Under the pieces are notes generated by a model, which saw nothing but the letters and a program-made list of their open reading frames with translations, made no database searches and was not told the origin of the DNA. Of a stretch of 64,000 bases of DNA, positions 62,232 to 64,000 are shown piece by piece. How positions within the stretch are numbered: the stretch's first letter is position 1; every line of letters starts with the position of its first letter. The DNA is from Podarcis erhardii (Eukaryota): NCBI GenBank assembly GCA_964252035.1, contig OZ176207.1, one strand, 5' to 3'. The translations under genes were made by a program, and so were the position numbers.

Positions 62232-64000
62232 AAACTGTGTCAGCCTCTTTATTTCAGAACATTACAGCTTCTTTGAATTTAATGGGTAGCCTTAATTTCA
62301 GAATGCTGCTTCTCTGCCTTCACAGATCATAAAGTATAGTTTCTTCCAGATTTTGTTTTTGTCAGATAAATTTAGCGGGTTTAGATAGAAAAATACTTTA
62401 CTGTTGTTTTTGGCTGCCTGTTGCTGGGCCCTGTTTTGGATTGATGTTGATAGTTCTCCTTTCTGACCACTTGTTGTTGCTATTATTGTTTATAATAATA
62501 AACAGCTGCTACATAGCCAGAAACTTTGAGAAACACAGTGGTGTTTGTATTATCTGGAGGGATGCAAAACTTTTGATGGGTTGGAAAGGAAGTTAAGTAT
62601 CAAAATATCCTGAATTGGGTTTTGAACTCAAACAGTAAAACATAGCATCCATCCATTGATGGAGAGAGATATTGGGGAAGGAAAAAGCTAAGATAGCTTT
62701 GTCATCGAGTCTGTGTAACAGCAGAGAAGAGTCTGAGTTTGAATCATGCTTCATTCTTTCACCAAGTTCCTGTTAAACATAACCAAACAGATATAATTTT
62801 TATGACCGTGGAGACTAGAACCAATTCCTTTAACTTAACAGAACAGGGATTTGCTAATATTTCTCTGGTTGTACTTCACAGTCCTTACAAACACAACGCA
62901 CACAAGTAAGATCATTGTGCTTTAAACTCTGCAAATTGGTAAAGCCTTCACGGAAAGTAACAAGGAGAGTGCTTTGAAAACCTACAAGAAAGTACTTGAT
63001 CAAAAATATAAAACACAAAATCATGAATCAGTGGCAGTGAATTTCAGTTGAAGAACTGAAACCTAATTCATTGAACTGTGACTGAAAACAAACCATGTTA
63101 AATGTTTATTAACTTGTATTTCTGTTATCAGTGGATTTATGTGTAAAGGATAGGGTAGAGGGGAAGCTAGGGAAATCTTATCCCTCTGAATTATTTGCTT
63201 CTAGTCCTTAAATGGTGATGTAAGGGGAGTGTATTTTCCTCTTCCTTTTATGCTTTCCCCTCTGCTTTGAATTAGTGTAGCTAAATATATTATGCCATAC
63301 TATTTACCTCAGTCTGCAGTTTCACTACCTCTGTATGGCTTCCCACTCTTAGAATTTTGCAAATAAATCACTGATCAATGTAGAGAGGCATCACGGCAAG
63401 TGTGAAGGCAGAATATTTTTTATGATGCCATAAACTGGATTTATTATTATTTTCTGCATGCAACTTTGTACATTTAAAGTTCATCTACATAGTACGGTAT
63501 TGTATATGGGTTTCATTTAATTGACGCTAATTAACTACGGGGCTGGGTTTATTTAATATTTTTTTGTTTTGTAAAATAGTTACAAATCAGTATAGGCTAT
63601 GCTACACTGGTCTCCATGATTTCTGATAAACTATTTTTGTCCAGTATAAAATAATATATTATTTACATATTTGTAGAATAAGGATGCACTGTTAGTCTTT
63701 TGTTAATTTCCAGGTAATTAAACATTATTGTCTATTTATGAAAGAATTGATGTGATCTGTTTATAGTATCAAGACTGCATGATACCAAACTATAGTTGCA
63801 TCCCTAATTAATGTACATAATTGTCATGGTTTTAAGGTGAAAATTAAAAAATGCTGTCAAATTAATCATCTACTAGGAGTTCATTAATTAGCTAACCTCA
63901 TATAAATGGGCTGCATTTCGATGACAACTAGGAGTGAAAACCTAACTAACTGAAGTCAGTAGGAGCATTTACATTGAATTCAGTGCGATTGTTTCCACAA

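Larger units (their letters stand above)
18039..64000 (+). other. TSHZ1: TSHZ1 intron 1 (continues beyond the window)
   Basis: GT donor at 18039. No long zinc-finger ORF (exon 2) occurs in the rest of the window, consistent with the very large first intron of vertebrate TSHZ1. Confidence 0.85.

Overview
This is vertebrate genomic DNA, most likely a squamate and probably a lacertid lizard (inferred from a Sauria SINE and CR1/RTE/L2/Tigger-type repeats). Two genes lie head-to-head. PTGR3 (ZADH2) is complete on the minus strand: exon 1 CDS 14165-13867, a 7.1 kb phase-2 intron, exon 2 CDS 6719-5795, ending in -SKL. TSHZ1 is represented by its 40-nt first coding exon on the plus strand (17999-18038, MPRRKQQAPRRSA) followed by at least 46 kb of intron 1. 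The promoters are CpG/GC-rich. The rest is AT-rich non-coding DNA with SINE/LINE/MITE relics, microsatellites, several homeodomain/TALE-motif-dense segments that look like conserved enhancers, and eight short N blocks that cannot be read. The leading hypotheses are: (1) a Hox/PBX/MEIS-type enhancer cluster around the N blocks, i.e. a TSHZ1 regulatory block with PTGR3 as bystander; (2) a frame-preserving 108-nt cassette exon in TSHZ1 intron 1; (3) dual mitochondrial/peroxisomal targeting of PTGR3 via two in-frame AUGs; (4) a uORF/overlapping-ORF arrangement in the TSHZ1 leader; (5) a possible spliced upstream leader with a distant branch point. All are sequence-based predictions; no database search was run.
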